DNA of 64,000 nt, taken from contig CAWAXX010000014.1 of NCBI GenBank assembly GCA_963786105.1, positions 192,001 through 256,000 on the forward strand. Reading direction: 5' to 3'. This stretch comes from Vulcanimicrobiota bacterium. GTDB lineage: Bacteria > Vulcanimicrobiota > Vulcanimicrobiia > Vulcanimicrobiales > Vulcanimicrobiaceae. Under the pieces are notes generated by a model that was not told where the DNA came from, did not search any database, and worked only from the letters and a program-made list of their open reading frames with translations. How positions within the stretch are numbered: the first letter of the stretch is position 1; each line of letters opens with the position of its first letter. The position numbers and the translations under genes were made by a program. Shown piece after piece: positions 38,197 to 49,367 of the stretch.

Positions 38197-39718
38197 GGCT
38201 GCCCAATCGGGTAAACGACCGTTTCGCCAACGCCTCGTCGGCGTGCGCGTAGTCGCTGCGGAAATGACTGCCGCGGCTCTCCGACCTAGCCAGCGCCGCC
38301 TCGACGATCAAACGTCCGACCACCAGCAGGTTGCGCAGCTCGTTTCCGGCTTCGTTGAAGGCGGCGTCGAGTTCGGAAATCCGCGCGAGTGCTTCGCGCA
38401 GCCCGCGCTCGTGACGCACGAGGCCGACGTTGGTGTACATCACGTTGCGCAGGTCGCTGACGGCTTGGGCCTGGCCGGCGGCGGGCGCCGGGCGCATGCG
38501 GTAATCGAGATGCGCGCTGCGCCGCGCCGGAATGCCGGCGGCGGTAACGTCGGAGGCGACGCGCGAACCGTATACCAAGGCTTCGAGGAGCGAGTTGCTG
38601 GCTAGCCGATTTGCTCCGTGGACGCCGGTGGCGCTGGTCTCGCCACACGCCCATAGGCCCTCGAGCGTCGCGCGGCCCCATTCGTTGACGGCGATTCCGC
38701 CCATGTGATAGTGCGCTGCGGGCGCCACCGGGATGTTTTGCACGCGCGGGTCGATGCCGGCCGACATGCAAAACCCGAACGCGGTCGGGAACTCCTGCGG
38801 AAAATGCGATCCGATCGCCGCGCGAGCATCGAGACCGACGGTGCGACCGCGCTGCAGCTGCTCGAAGATCGCGCGCGCGACGACATCCCGCGGACCGAGC
38901 TCGGCGTCCGGATGAACGTCGAGCATAAAACGGTCGCCCAAATCGTTGACGAGAACGGCGCCCTCGCCGCGAACCGCTTCGGTTACTAACGGCATCGGGT
39001 CACGGCCGATGGCCAACGCGGTTGGGTGAAACTGGACGAACTCCATATCGGCGAGCAGCGCTCCGGCTCGCGCCGCCATCGCGATGCCGTCGCCGGTAGC
39101 TTGCACGGGATTGGTGGTGTAGCGGTAGAGACGTCCGATACCGCCGGTTGCAAACACGGTCGCATCGGCGGTAAACGCCACGGTCGTATCGGTGGCGGTA
39201 TCGCAACCGTACACGCCGCGTACGATGCCGTCTTCGACGACGAGATCGGCGGCGGTAACGTTCTCGACCACGTCGATGGACGGGTGAGTGGCCACGGCTT
39301 CGATGAGCGTGCGCAAGATCGCGTGTCCGGTCGCGTCGCCGCCCGCTTTGACGATTCGCCGGCGCTGATGCGCGGCTTCGCGTCCGAGCACGAGCTCACC
39401 CGAGTCGTCGCGATCGAAAGCCGCACCCAGTTCGAGCAGCTCTTCGATTCGCGCGGGCGCGTCGCGCGTCAGGATCTCCACGATCATCTCGTCGCTAATG
39501 CCGGCTCCGGCGCGCCGGGTGTCGATGGCGTGAAGGCTCGGCGAATCGTCTTTTCCCATGGCGGCGGCGATGCCGCCTTGAGCCCAGTCGGTCGCCGCCC
39601 CTTTCCCAAGCCGCGTCTTGCACAAGACCGTCACTTTCATCGGCGCGAGCTTGAGCGCGGCCATCAATCCCGCGATGCCGGCGCCGACCACCAAGACGCC
39701 GCTGTGACGCTCTTCCAT
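38189..39718 (-). CDS. nadB: L-aspartate oxidase
   Basis: WAQGGIA, QFHPT, EAVRGEG, HYHMGG and HGANRLASNSL motifs. Confidence 0.95.
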   Translation of the reverse strand: MEERHSGVLVVGAGIAGLMAALKLAPMKVTVLCKTRLGKGAATDWAQGGIAAAMGKDDSPSLHAIDTRRAGAGISDEMIVEILTRDAPARIEELLELGAAFDRDDSGELVLGREAAHQRRRIVKAGGDATGHAILRTLIEAVATHPSIDVVENVTAADLVVEDGIVRGVYGCDTATDTTVAFTADATVFATGGIGRLYRYTTNPVQATGDGIAMAARAGALLADMEFVQFHPTALAIGRDPMPLVTEAVRGEGAVLVNDLGDRFMLDVHPDAELGPRDVVARAIFEQLQRGRTVGLDARAAIGSHFPQEFPTAFGFCMSAGIDPRVQNIPVAPAAHYHMGGIAVNEWGRATLEGLWACGETSATGVHGANRLASNSLLEALVYGSRVASDVTAAGIPARRSAHLDYRMRPAPAAGQAQAVSDLRNVMYTNVGLVRHERGLREALARISELDAAFNEAGNELRNLLVVGRLIVEAALARSESRGSHFRSDYAHADEALAKRSFTRLGSLA

Positions 39719-39730
39719 CCGCGTCGAACT

Positions 39731-40765
39731 CTAGTCGCGCGGCTGCCGGCTGAACTCGAGCATGCGTTCGACCGAGCGTCGCGCGCGCCCGGCGACCTCC
39801 GGATCGATCGTGACTTCGAACTCCATGGCCTCGAGCGAGTGCAGCACCTTCGGCAGCGTGTTGCGTTTCATGTGCGGACAAAGATTGCACGGACGTACGA
39901 ACTCGATCGATGGATAGCGTCCCGAAACGTTGTCGGCCATCGAGCACTCGGTCATCAGCAACACGCGAGGGCGTCGTTCGGACGCGGCCGCGCTGAGCTC
40001 GCCGACGTATTCGGTCATGCCTTGGGTCGATCCGACGAAATCCGCTTCGGCTAGCACGTCGGGCGGGCATTCCGGATGGGCGATGACCACGAGCGATGGA
40101 TCGTCGCGCCGGAAACGCCGAACGTCGTCGGCGCTGAACCGTTCGTGAACTTCGCAGTGGCCCTTCCAAGCCACGACTTCGACGCTGGTTTTCGACGCGA
40201 CGTACTTGGCGAGATACTCGTCGGGAAGAAAGATAATCTTCGGAACGCCGAGTGCCTCGACGATCTGGAGCGCGTTGCCGCTGGTAACGCATACGTCCGA
40301 CTCGGCCTTCACTTCGGCCGACGTGTTCACGTACGTTACGACCGGAACGCCGGGATACTTCTCGCGCAATAGCCGAACGTCGGCACCCGTAATCGATTCG
40401 GCGAGCGAACAGCCGGCCTTCAGATCGGGAACGAGGACCGTCTTGCCGGGATTGACGAGCTTTGCGGTCTCGGCCATAAAGTGCACGCCACACAGAACGA
40501 TGACGTCGGCTTGGGTTTCCGCGGCCTTCATCGCGAGCGCCAATGAGTCGCCGACGATGTCGGCGACCGTGTAGAAGATTTCCGGCACCTGGTAGTTGTG
40601 GGCCAAAATCACCGCGTTGCGCTCGCGCTTGAGGCGGTTGATCGCGGCAACGTACGGAGCGTGCAAGGGCCACTCGACGCTCGGAATAACGTGCGCGACC
40701 CGCCGGAAGATCGGTTCGGTCTCGGCGGCGATGTCGGCGGTATAGGGTAGGTCGAGTACGCTCAT
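39731..40765 (-). CDS. nadA: Quinolinate synthase
   Basis: [28 protein letters not shown] and CPHMK motifs. Confidence 0.95.
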   Translation of the reverse strand: MSVLDLPYTADIAAETEPIFRRVAHVIPSVEWPLHAPYVAAINRLKRERNAVILAHNYQVPEIFYTVADIVGDSLALAMKAAETQADVIVLCGVHFMAETAKLVNPGKTVLVPDLKAGCSLAESITGADVRLLREKYPGVPVVTYVNTSAEVKAESDVCVTSGNALQIVEALGVPKIIFLPDEYLAKYVASKTSVEVVAWKGHCEVHERFSADDVRRFRRDDPSLVVIAHPECPPDVLAEADFVGSTQGMTEYVGELSAAASERRPRVLLMTECSMADNVSGRYPSIEFVRPCNLCPHMKRNTLPKVLHSLEAMEFEVTIDPEVAGRARRSVERMLEFSRQPRD

Positions 40766-40956
40766 CGGTTCGTGGGCTGGTTGCCGCAGCGCAGGCGGCG
40801 CCCCTTTAATCCATACGACCCGGTGCCGTCCGGCGCGTTTGCGCGATGAAAGTCGTTTTCACTCCGCGAGGAGGCGGGTAGAGTGCAGTGGGCGGCACTC
40901 CGCCGCCGCCGGCCCAATCGAGGCCGCGAAGCTTTGATGAAGGATGCGTAGAGTTG

Positions 40957-41508
40957 ATGTTGGCTCAGGTTGGCTCGCCAGCCCCGGATTTTGTATTACC
41001 GAGTACCATAGACGCGACGGGTCCGCACGACCTGGGCAAGGAGGTCCGCCTAGCGGACTATGGCGGCAAATGGTTGGTGCTGTTTTTCTACCCGCTGGAT
41101 TTCACGTTCGTTTGCCCGACGGAGATTCGGGCCTTGTCGGATCGCCGCGACGAATTTCAAGAGTTCGATGCCGAGATTCTCGGCTGCTCGACCGATTCGG
41201 TCTTTAGTCATTGGGCGTGGCTCAACACGACCCCCGAAAACAACGGTATCGCCGGGACGCGCTACCCTTTAGCGGCCGACTTCACGAAAGAAACGGCGCG
41301 CGCGTACGGCGTCCTCGACGAAGGCTCCGGAACCGCCCGGCGCGGCCTATTCATCATCGATCCCGAGGGCCGTCTCAGGTATGCCGTCGTGACCGACGAC
41401 AGTGTAGGCCGAAGCGTAGACGAGACCTTGCGCGTGCTCCAAGCGTTGCAAACCGGCGGCCTGTGCCCGGCTAACTGGCAGCCCGGAAAGGGTCTCGTTT
41501 CCGTCTGA
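40957..41508 (+). CDS. 2-Cys peroxiredoxin (AhpC/Prx1)
   Basis: FFYPLDFTFVCPTE and GLCPANW motifs. Confidence 0.92.
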   Translation: MLAQVGSPAPDFVLPSTIDATGPHDLGKEVRLADYGGKWLVLFFYPLDFTFVCPTEIRALSDRRDEFQEFDAEILGCSTDSVFSHWAWLNTTPENNGIAGTRYPLAADFTKETARAYGVLDEGSGTARRGLFIIDPEGRLRYAVVTDDSVGRSVDETLRVLQALQTGGLCPANWQPGKGLVSV

Positions 41509-41573
41509 GTACCGGTCCGAACTGGAGCGAAACCCGCGGTTTCCACGCGCGTACTACGGGTGGAGGGAACCTC

Positions 41574-41654
41574 ATGACGACACGAATTCTGGTGTTTACG
41601 GTAGCCGCCGCGCTGACGACGCTGGCGGTCGCCGTGGCCTCGCTGATCTCCTAG
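41574..41654 (+). CDS. Putative 26-aa single-TM small protein
   Basis: MTTRILVFTVAAALTTLAVAVASLIS*, preceded by GGAGGGA. Confidence 0.45.
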   Translation: MTTRILVFTVAAALTTLAVAVASLIS

Positions 41655-41760
41655 CCTCGTTTTTCGGGCGGGCAGCCTGCCGCCCGGTGCGTGTGGCCCG
41701 CGGCATTCGGTGGTAGGAGAGGATAGGGAGTTTCTCTCGATCGTCGATAGGAGGAAGTTC

Positions 41761-41886
41761 ATGAAAGGATGGTTCGCCGGCCTCGTGCTGGTGGGGGCCC
41801 TAGCCCTCGGAGCCGGAGCGCTCGGAGCGGCGGCTCAACCCGCTCCAACCCCATCGCCGTCTGCAACGCCGACGATGCAGCCCTAA
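41761..41886 (+). CDS. Putative 41-aa secreted peptide
   Basis: AGGAGG RBS. MKGWFAGLVLVGALALGAGALGAAA-QPAPTPSPSATPTMQP* (signal peptide plus Pro/Thr tail). Confidence 0.55.
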   Translation: MKGWFAGLVLVGALALGAGALGAAAQPAPTPSPSATPTMQP

Positions 41887-41992
41887 GACCGAAATCGCAC
41901 CGCCACGGCGGTGCGATCTTCATTTTCTCGATCCCCTTGACTAGCACGGAGGAACCCGCGCGGCCCCTTCGAAGCCTGATGGCGCAAAAAGG

Positions 41993-42034
41993 AACTTTAG
42001 TCACTATCGCAGAGTTAGAAAAGTGACTAAAGTT
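41993..42034. promoter_or_regulatory. Palindromic operator upstream of the sulfate ABC operon
   Basis: AACTTTAGTCACT-N16-AGTGACTAAAGTT with perfect 13-bp arms. Core recurs at 45995-46024. Confidence 0.7.
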
Positions 42035-42076
42035 TTCTTCGCTTTTAATCCTCGGATTTAAAGGAGCCCCACCAGG

Positions 42077-43102
42077 ATGAAGGTCGTTTCGAAACTCGGA
42101 CTTTTCGCCATCATTGCCGGCCTTGTGCTCGGCCTCGGACTACCCGCCGCGCGGGCGGCCGGGGATCTGACGATTCTCAACGTCTCCTTCGACCCCACTC
42201 GCGAGCTCTACAACGACTATAATGCGGCTTTTGCCAAGTACTGGAAGGCTAAGTCGGGACAGTCCGTGACCGTACAGCAGTCGAACGGCGGTTCGGGAAA
42301 ACAGGCTCGAGCGGTGATCGACGGTTTGCAAGCCGACGTGGTGACGTTGGCGCTGGCCTACGACATCGACGCGATCGCGCAAACGGCGAAACTGCTGCCC
42401 GACAACTGGCAATCGCGGCTCCCCGACAACAGCACCCCTTACACGTCGACCATCGTGTTTTTGGTGCATAAGGGCAATCCCAAGAAAATTCACGATTGGA
42501 ACGACCTGGTGAAGCCCGGCATCTCGGTGATCATGCCAAATCCCAAGACATCGGGTGGGGCGCGTTGGAATTTCTTAGCGGCCTGGGCTTATGCGCTCAA
42601 GCGGCCCGGCGGCAGCGATGCGACCGCCCGCGATTTCGTCACCCACCTCTACAAAAACGTTCCGGTGCTCGATTCGGGCGCGCGCGGCGCGACCACCACG
42701 TTCGTCGAGCGCGGCATCGGCGACGTCCTGGTGGGCTGGGAGAGCGACGCGCTCCTCGCGGTACGCGACCTCGGACCCGATAAGTTCCAAATCGTGGTGC
42801 CCTCGATGAGCATCCTCGCCGAACCGCCGGTCGCCGTCGTCGACAAAGTGGTCGCCGCAAAGGGAACGCGGGCCGTCGCGCAAGCGTACGTGCAGTACCT
42901 CTACTCACCTCAGGGCCAGGAGATCGTGGCGCGCCATTTCTTCCGCCCGCGTTTGGCGGCGGTCGCGAAGAAATATGCGTCGACGTTTGCAGACGTCAAG
43001 CTGGTCACCGTCGATCACGTCTTTGGGGGCTGGCAAAAGGCGCAAAAGACGTACTTCGCCGACGGCGGCGTGTTCGACCAGATCTACCAGCCGAGTCAAT
43101 AG
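42077..43102 (+). CDS. sbp: Sulfate ABC transporter substrate-binding protein
   Basis: [30 protein letters not shown] and DSGARGAT motifs. Confidence 0.95.
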   Translation: MKVVSKLGLFAIIAGLVLGLGLPAARAAGDLTILNVSFDPTRELYNDYNAAFAKYWKAKSGQSVTVQQSNGGSGKQARAVIDGLQADVVTLALAYDIDAIAQTAKLLPDNWQSRLPDNSTPYTSTIVFLVHKGNPKKIHDWNDLVKPGISVIMPNPKTSGGARWNFLAAWAYALKRPGGSDATARDFVTHLYKNVPVLDSGARGATTTFVERGIGDVLVGWESDALLAVRDLGPDKFQIVVPSMSILAEPPVAVVDKVVAAKGTRAVAQAYVQYLYSPQGQEIVARHFFRPRLAAVAKKYASTFADVKLVTVDHVFGGWQKAQKTYFADGGVFDQIYQPSQ

Positions 43103-43111
43103 GCATCCGGC

Positions 43112-43972
43112 GTGGCAATCGCACTACGACAGCGGAGCATTCTGCCCGGGTTCGGGCTCACGCTCGGCTTCTCGGTGCTCTATCTGAGCTTGATCGTTTT
43201 GATTCCGCTCTCGGTCACGTTTTGGAAGGCGTCGACGCTGGGCTGGAGCTCGTTTTGGCACATCGTCACGGCCGCGCGGGCGGTCGCATCATACGAGGTG
43301 ACGTTCGGATGTTCGCTGGTCGCGGCGGTCGTCAATCTCGTTTTCGGCGTCCTCACCGCGTGGGTGCTGGTGCGCTATTCTTTCCCGCTTAAGCGGCTGT
43401 TCGATTCCCTCGTGGATCTGCCGTTTGCTTTGCCGACGGCGGTTGCCGGCATCGCGCTTACCTCGATTTACGCGCCCAACGGGTGGCTCGGGCGGCCGTT
43501 GCTGGCCCTGGGCGTGCACGCCGCCTACACGCGTCTCGGCATCGTCATCGCGCTCACGTTCATCGGCCTGCCGTTCGTAGTGCGCACGGTGCAGCCGGTG
43601 CTTGAAGATCTCGACATGGAGTTCGAGGAGGCGGCGGCGAGCCTCGGCGCGGGACGCTGGCAGACGTTCGGCCGCGTGCTCCTGCCGACGATCTTGCCGG
43701 CGGCGCTCACCGGCTTTGCCCTCGCCTTTGCCCGCGCGGTCGGCGAGTATGGATCGGTGATTTTCATCGCCGGCAACATGCCGATGCGCACGGAAATCAC
43801 GCCGCTGTTGATCGTTACGAAGCTGGAGCAGTACGACTACGCCGCCGCGACCGCGATTGCGGTGGCCATGCTGGTCGTGTCGTTCGCGATGCTGCTGACG
43901 ATCAATCTGCTGCAGAAGTGGAGCGGCAGCCGACCGGCGCGCGACGAACCCGAGGTGATTCCCAGTGGCTGA
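43112..43972 (+). CDS. cysT: Sulfate ABC permease CysT
   Basis: [21 protein letters not shown] and EEAAASLGA motifs. Confidence 0.94.
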   Translation: MAIALRQRSILPGFGLTLGFSVLYLSLIVLIPLSVTFWKASTLGWSSFWHIVTAARAVASYEVTFGCSLVAAVVNLVFGVLTAWVLVRYSFPLKRLFDSLVDLPFALPTAVAGIALTSIYAPNGWLGRPLLALGVHAAYTRLGIVIALTFIGLPFVVRTVQPVLEDLDMEFEEAAASLGAGRWQTFGRVLLPTILPAALTGFALAFARAVGEYGSVIFIAGNMPMRTEITPLLIVTKLEQYDYAAATAIAVAMLVVSFAMLLTINLLQKWSGSRPARDEPEVIPSG

Positions 43973-44840
43973 CGCGATTGCGTGGGGCGAAGCACGCCCG
44001 GGCCGGCAGCCCGTCCGCGCTACGAAAACCAATGCGACCTCGGAACCCGCCTTCGTTCGGTGGCTGCTGATCGGCACGGCCGCGATCTTCTTGGCAGTGT
44101 TCCTGTTCTTGCCGCTGGCCGTGGTATTTTCGACGGCATTCGAAAAGGGTGCGCTCGCGTATTTCCACACCTTTGCCGATCCGGACACGCTTTCGGCAGT
44201 TCGATTGACCCTGCTCGCGGCGGCGATTTCGGTTCCGCTCAACGTTGCGTTCGGCATCGCGGCGGCCTGGGTTATCGGTAAGTTCGAGTTCTACGGCAAG
44301 AGCCTATTGATCACGTTGATCGATTTGCCGTTCTCGGTTTCGCCGGTCGTCGCGGGCTTGGTTTTCGTGCTGCTGTTCGGCCTGCAGGGCTTGTTTGGAC
44401 CGTGGCTGATCGCTCACGGCGTTCGGATTATCTTTGCGATTCCGGGAATCGTGCTGGTGACGGTCTTCGTGACGTTTCCGTTCGTCGCGCGCGAACTGCT
44501 GCCGCTGATGCAAGCCCAGGGTAACGACGAAGAAGAAGCCGCCCTGACGCTGGGCGCGAACGGCTGGAAGACCTTTGTGCGGGTGACCTTGCCCAACGTC
44601 AAGTGGGCGCTTCTGTACGGCGTCATTTTGTGTAACGCGCGAGCGATGGGCGAGTTTGGGGCGGTGTCGGTAGTCTCCGGGCATATCCGCGGCCTCACCG
44701 ACACGATGCCTCTGCAAATTGAATTTCTGTATAACGACTACCAATTCGTTCCGGCCTTTGCGGTCGCGTCGCTGCTGGCGTTGCTGGCGCTCGTAACGCT
44801 GGTCGTAAAGAGCGTCGTAGAATGGAGAACACAAGCGTGA
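43965..44840 (+). CDS. cysW: Sulfate ABC permease CysW
   Basis: [12 protein letters not shown] and [11 protein letters not shown] motifs. Confidence 0.94.
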   Translation: MADAIAWGEARPGRQPVRATKTNATSEPAFVRWLLIGTAAIFLAVFLFLPLAVVFSTAFEKGALAYFHTFADPDTLSAVRLTLLAAAISVPLNVAFGIAAAWVIGKFEFYGKSLLITLIDLPFSVSPVVAGLVFVLLFGLQGLFGPWLIAHGVRIIFAIPGIVLVTVFVTFPFVARELLPLMQAQGNDEEEAALTLGANGWKTFVRVTLPNVKWALLYGVILCNARAMGEFGAVSVVSGHIRGLTDTMPLQIEFLYNDYQFVPAFAVASLLALLALVTLVVKSVVEWRTQA

Positions 44841-45889
44841 GCATCAGCGTACGTGGGGTGACGAAGACCTTCGGCGGCTTCGTCGCGCTCGACAACGTCG
44901 ATCTCGAAATCCCCGCCGGTAAGCTGGTGGCGTTGCTGGGTCCCTCGGGGTCGGGTAAAACCACGCTACTGCGAATCATCGCCGGCTTGGAGTTTGCCGA
45001 TTCCGGAACGATCCAGTTCGACGGTGCGGACATCACCCAACGGTCGCCCGGAGAGCGCCGGGTCGGATTCGTTTTTCAGCACTACGCGCTTTTTCGGCAC
45101 ATGACCGTCTTCGAGAACATCGCCTTTGGTCTGCGAGTTCGGCCGCGTTCTACCCGGCCGAGCGAGGAGCAGATCCGGGCCAAGGTGCACGAACTGCTGC
45201 ATCTCATCCAGTTGCGCAACCAGGCATCGCGTTATCCGTCGCAACTCTCCGGCGGCCAGCGCCAGCGCGTCGCGCTGGCGCGTGCGTTGGCCGTCGAGCC
45301 GAGCGTGCTGCTTCTCGACGAACCGTTCGGTGCGCTCGACGCGAAAGTGCGACTCGAACTGCGTCGCTGGCTACGTCAACTGCACGACGAAGTGCACATC
45401 ACCAGCGTCTTCGTCACCCACGATCAGGAAGAGGCCCTCGAGGTAGCCGATCACGTTGCCGTCATGAATCGGGGGCGAATCGAGCAGATCGGGGCGCCCG
45501 ACGAGGTGTACAATCATCCGGCCACGTCGTTCGTCTTCAACTTCTTGGGGAGCGTCAATCTCTTTCACGGCCGGGTCGACAACGGCACGACCTACATCCA
45601 CCAGACGGCGACCGACCATTTGGTATTCGTGCGTCCCCATTCGCTGGAGATTTCACGCCGGTTGCCCGACCACCCGAATCATTTCCGTGCGACCACCAAA
45701 CATATTAACGCGGCCGGTCCGTTGGTCAAGGTCGAGGCGATCACCGAGTGGGGAGCGCCCGTCCAAGTCGAGATGTCCCAAGAACGCTTCCGCGATCTCT
45801 CGCTGATCAAGGGCGAGGAAATCTTCCTCGTGCCGACCGAATTGGCGGTGTTCCGAAGTAGCGAGGGCACCCCGATCGCGCACGGATAG
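44837..45889 (+). CDS. cysA: Sulfate ABC ATP-binding protein CysA
   Basis: [20 protein letters not shown] and DEPFGALD motifs. Confidence 0.94.
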   Translation: MSISVRGVTKTFGGFVALDNVDLEIPAGKLVALLGPSGSGKTTLLRIIAGLEFADSGTIQFDGADITQRSPGERRVGFVFQHYALFRHMTVFENIAFGLRVRPRSTRPSEEQIRAKVHELLHLIQLRNQASRYPSQLSGGQRQRVALARALAVEPSVLLLDEPFGALDAKVRLELRRWLRQLHDEVHITSVFVTHDQEEALEVADHVAVMNRGRIEQIGAPDEVYNHPATSFVFNFLGSVNLFHGRVDNGTTYIHQTATDHLVFVRPHSLEISRRLPDHPNHFRATTKHINAAGPLVKVEAITEWGAPVQVEMSQERFRDLSLIKGEEIFLVPTELAVFRSSEGTPIAHG

Positions 45890-45994
45890 AAACGCTGGGA
45901 AAGCCGGCGACAATCCGCCTTCGCCTCGATTCCGGTGGGCCCGGGAGGAAGCCGCCCCGCCTCTTCGAACCCTGAAGTCGCAAAAACGACTAGG

Positions 45995-46024
45995 GTCACT
46001 ATTGTAACTATGAAAAAGTGACTA
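45995..46024. promoter_or_regulatory. Second copy of the GTCACT-N16-AGTGAC operator, upstream of the TauE gene
   Basis: GTCACTATTGTAACTATGAAAAAGTGACTA, with the same arms and 16-nt spacer as 42000-42027. Confidence 0.65.
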
Positions 46025-46284
46025 TCGTATCTCGCCTTGCGCTTTCAGACTTGGAGGAGCCTCATCACGATGGCGGCCGTTTCGAAGCTCCAGTTTCTCG
46101 CAGCCGCGAGCAGCCGTGCCTGAGAGGTTTCGCGTTTGCCAATCGGTACAAGCTCGGAAGCCCAGCGTAAGAAGCGGTGCGGGGAGGGCTGGGGTGGGCC
46201 GCGAACGAGGTACCGCCCCCAAAACTAACCGGGGCCGTCGGCGACTGCTCCGGGGGTGTCCATCGTGATTGGTCGAGATCAATC

Positions 46285-47073
46285 GTGACCATTTTAAACA
46301 TCGAGATCGTTTTAACTGGCTTGCTCGTCGGAACGATCGTAGGGTTGACGGGTGTCGGCGGAGCCAGCATCATGACGCCCCTGCTGATCCTGGTTTTGAA
46401 GGTAAATCCGCTCGTGGCCGTCGGTACCGATCTGCTGTACAGCGTTCCGACTAAGCTCTATGGAGCCTTCCTCCATAATAGGCAGGGTACCGTCAACCCC
46501 GAGATCGTGAAGGCGTTACTGTGGGGCGGTCTTCCCGCCTCACTCGTCGGGTTAGCCATTCTGTTCTGGTTACGACACCACGTCGACGTGAAGGCCGTGG
46601 AGCTATGGACGCGCCACGCCATCGGCTTTGTGCTTTTCATCGCCGCAGCCGTCATCGTGGTTCAGCCCTTTATCAAGCGCCGGGTGCTGCCGATGACGTC
46701 GCCGGAATTCGTTTGGCAGCCCCGGCAGCGGGCCCGCGTGGTCGCTATCGGGGCGGTCGTCGGTTTGATCGTCACCGCGACCTCGATCGGGAGCGGGTCG
46801 GTGACGCTGCCGCTGCTCACCCTAGCCCTGCCGTTCATCGGCATCTCGACGCTGGTGGGTTCGGACATTGCGTTCGCGGCGTTCTTAATTCCCGCGGCCG
46901 CCGCCGGCCGCTGGTCGATGGGCGATGTCAATCTCCCACTGGTCCTAAAATTACTCATCGGTTCGCTTCCCGGCGTCTACATCGGGAGTAAGCTGTGCGG
47001 CCGACTAAGTCAGACGTGGTTGAGGCCCGTCGTGGCGCTCACGCTCGTTTTTGTCGGAACGCGCTTAATCTGA
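46285..47073 (+). CDS. Sulfite exporter TauE/SafE family protein
   Basis: GLTGVGGASIMTP, AVGTDL, TSIGSG and LVGSD motifs. Confidence 0.88.
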   Translation: MTILNIEIVLTGLLVGTIVGLTGVGGASIMTPLLILVLKVNPLVAVGTDLLYSVPTKLYGAFLHNRQGTVNPEIVKALLWGGLPASLVGLAILFWLRHHVDVKAVELWTRHAIGFVLFIAAAVIVVQPFIKRRVLPMTSPEFVWQPRQRARVVAIGAVVGLIVTATSIGSGSVTLPLLTLALPFIGISTLVGSDIAFAAFLIPAAAAGRWSMGDVNLPLVLKLLIGSLPGVYIGSKLCGRLSQTWLRPVVALTLVFVGTRLI

Positions 47074-47402
47074 CCCGAGCGCGCGTCCATAAACTGTGAG
47101 TAAATAAAGTTTTCTGTGGAGACGTTGTGGAGCGCTTCGCAAAAGACTTGCGGACGCATTTTTGCTTTGGTACCATACCAACACTTCACATAACATGGAA
47201 GTGCGGATTGTAAGGAACCGCGGTCCACGCACGTAGACGATCATCGCGAAAGCGCGATCCGAGTGCCTGGAGCAAACCGGACTCAGAGTACGTCGGTGAG
47301 GGGTTGGTAACGATCTCAAACAGGCGAAAACGGCCGGACAAACGGCAGAGCCCGCAGCCTCGTGCTGCGGGCTTTGTTCTATTTGGCGAAGAAGTGCGCG
47401 CG

Positions 47403-49367
47403 ATGGACGGCCCGGGGAAATCGAGGCTGGAGCTAACCGTACGCGGACTCATCCTCGGCGCGGCAATCACGCTGGTCTTTACGGCGGCCAACGTCTACCT
47501 CGGTCTGAAAGTAGGACTGACGTTCGCTTCAACGATTCCTGCGGCCGTGATTTCGATGGCCGTGTTGCGGATGTTCAAAAGCGCAACCATTTTCGAAAAC
47601 AACATCGTGCAGACGGTCGCCTCCGCGGCCGGGACGATTTCCGCAATCATTTTCGTTTTGCCGGGTCTGGTCATGATCGGCTGGTGGACGGGTTTTCCGT
47701 TTTGGGAGTCGTTCGGTATCTGCGCGATCGGCGGAACGCTCGGCGTGATGTACAGCGTGCCGCTGCGCCGCGCCCTGGTGACCACCTCGGACTTGCCCTA
47801 TCCCGAAGGCGTTGCGGCCGCCGAGGTGTTGAAGGTCGGCGTGGGTACCGGTACCGCCGCGGACGTGGAACGCAACCGCGCGGGACTCATCGCGCTGGTG
47901 ACCGGGACGCTGGCGTCGGCCGGCTTTGCCGCGATCGTCGGCGCGCGTGTTTTTGCGGGCGAACTCGCCGCGTACTTTCGCGTCGGCGGTGCGACCACCG
48001 GAATAGGCTTTTCGCTATCGCTAGCGTTGGTCGGGGCCGGACACCTCATCGGGCTTTCGGTAGGCGTCGCCATTCTCGCCGGACTGGTCATCGCGTGGGG
48101 CATCGCGACGCCGCTCCTTACGTCGCTCCATCCGATGGCCGGCTCGGCGGCCGACGTCGCGACGGCCGTGTGGTCGCATCAAGTGCGATTCGTCGGCGCG
48201 GGTGCGATCGGCGTAGCGGCTATCTGGACCTTGGGGCGCTTGGCCAGGCCGGTGTGGGGCGGCTTGGCGTCGGCGATCGCGGCCTCCCGCCATCGTGCGG
48301 CCGGCGGCGCCCAACTGCCTCGGACCGAACGCGATATTCCCATTGCGATCGTCGGTCTGATCGGCCTGGCGTGCTTGATTCCGCTGTCCGTCCTACTCGC
48401 GGCCTTCCTCTCGAGCAGCGCGCTGGCGTCGCAGGCCGTGCCATTGGTAATCGGTGCGATCGCCTACATCGTGGTCGTCGGTTTCTTGGTAGCGGCCGCT
48501 TGCGGATATATGGCCGGACTCATCGGTTCTTCCAACAGCCCGGTGTCGGGTTTGGCCATTCTGGCGGTTATCGGTGCGTCGCTGCTGCTACTCGCCTTAG
48601 GAAACCATTCGACGCCGGCGGCTGCATCGGCGCTGGTGGCGTACGCGCTATTCGTTACGGCGGTGCTCGTCTGCGTGGCGACCATTGCGAACGACAATCT
48701 CCAGGATCTGAAAACCGGTCAGCTCGTAGACGCGACGCCGTGGCGCCAGCAGGTCGCGCTGATCTTCGGCGTCGCGATGGGAGCGCTGGTGATACCGCCG
48801 ATCCTCGATTTGCTCAATCGAGCGTACGGTTTCGCCGGCGCCGCGCCGCACGCCACGGTCGCTCAGCCGCTGCCGGCGCCTCAGGCCACGCTGATATCGG
48901 CGCTTGCCAAGGGCGTCATTCAAGGTCAAATCGATTGGAGGCTGATTGGTGCGGGCGCTTTGGTCGGCATCGCCATCGTGGTCGTCGACGAAGTGTTGCG
49001 AGCGACCGGCCGGTTTCGATTACCTCCGCTGGCCGTCGGTCTGGGCATCTACCTGCCCGCATCGACGACGGCACCGGTCGTTCTCGGGGCGATGCTGGGC
49101 TGGTACTACAACCGCTGGGCGAGTCGCCAGAGCGATGCCGGCAAAGCCAAACAGCTCGGCGTGCTTACGGCGTCCGGTCTCATCGTCGGAGAAAGTCTGT
49201 TCGGTGTTTTGCTGGCCGGTCTGATCGTCGTCAGCAATCGGGCGAATCCGCTCTCCGTCGTCGCCGATTCGTTCCAACCGGCCGCGACGGCGATTGGCGC
49301 CATCGCGTTCGTGCTCGCGCTTCTTGGGCTCTACACGTGGACGGCGAAATTAGCGCGGGCTAGCTGA
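47403..49367 (+). CDS. OPT family oligopeptide transporter
   Basis: ELTVRG, NVYLGLKVG, ENNIVQT, YPEG, DNLQDLKTG and APQA motifs. Confidence 0.92.
   Translation: MDGPGKSRLELTVRGLILGAAITLVFTAANVYLGLKVGLTFASTIPAAVISMAVLRMFKSATIFENNIVQTVASAAGTISAIIFVLPGLVMIGWWTGFPFWESFGICAIGGTLGVMYSVPLRRALVTTSDLPYPEGVAAAEVLKVGVGTGTAADVERNRAGLIALVTGTLASAGFAAIVGARVFAGELAAYFRVGGATTGIGFSLSLALVGAGHLIGLSVGVAILAGLVIAWGIATPLLTSLHPMAGSAADVATAVWSHQVRFVGAGAIGVAAIWTLGRLARPVWGGLASAIAASRHRAAGGAQLPRTERDIPIAIVGLIGLACLIPLSVLLAAFLSSSALASQAVPLVIGAIAYIVVVGFLVAAACGYMAGLIGSSNSPVSGLAILAVIGASLLLLALGNHSTPAAASALVAYALFVTAVLVCVATIANDNLQDLKTGQLVDATPWRQQVALIFGVAMGALVIPPILDLLNRAYGFAGAAPHATVAQPLPAPQATLISALAKGVIQGQIDWRLIGAGALVGIAIVVVDEVLRATGRFRLPPLAVGLGIYLPASTTAPVVLGAMLGWYYNRWASRQSDAGKAKQLGVLTASGLIVGESLFGVLLAGLIVVSNRANPLSVVADSFQPAATAIGAIAFVLALLGLYTWTAKLARAS

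Noticed and set aside
40766..40956. Possible NAD+ (nadA-motif) riboswitch upstream of nadA
   Set aside because: I could not find the conserved core as I recall it; only generic GC-rich hairpins. An Rfam scan would settle it.
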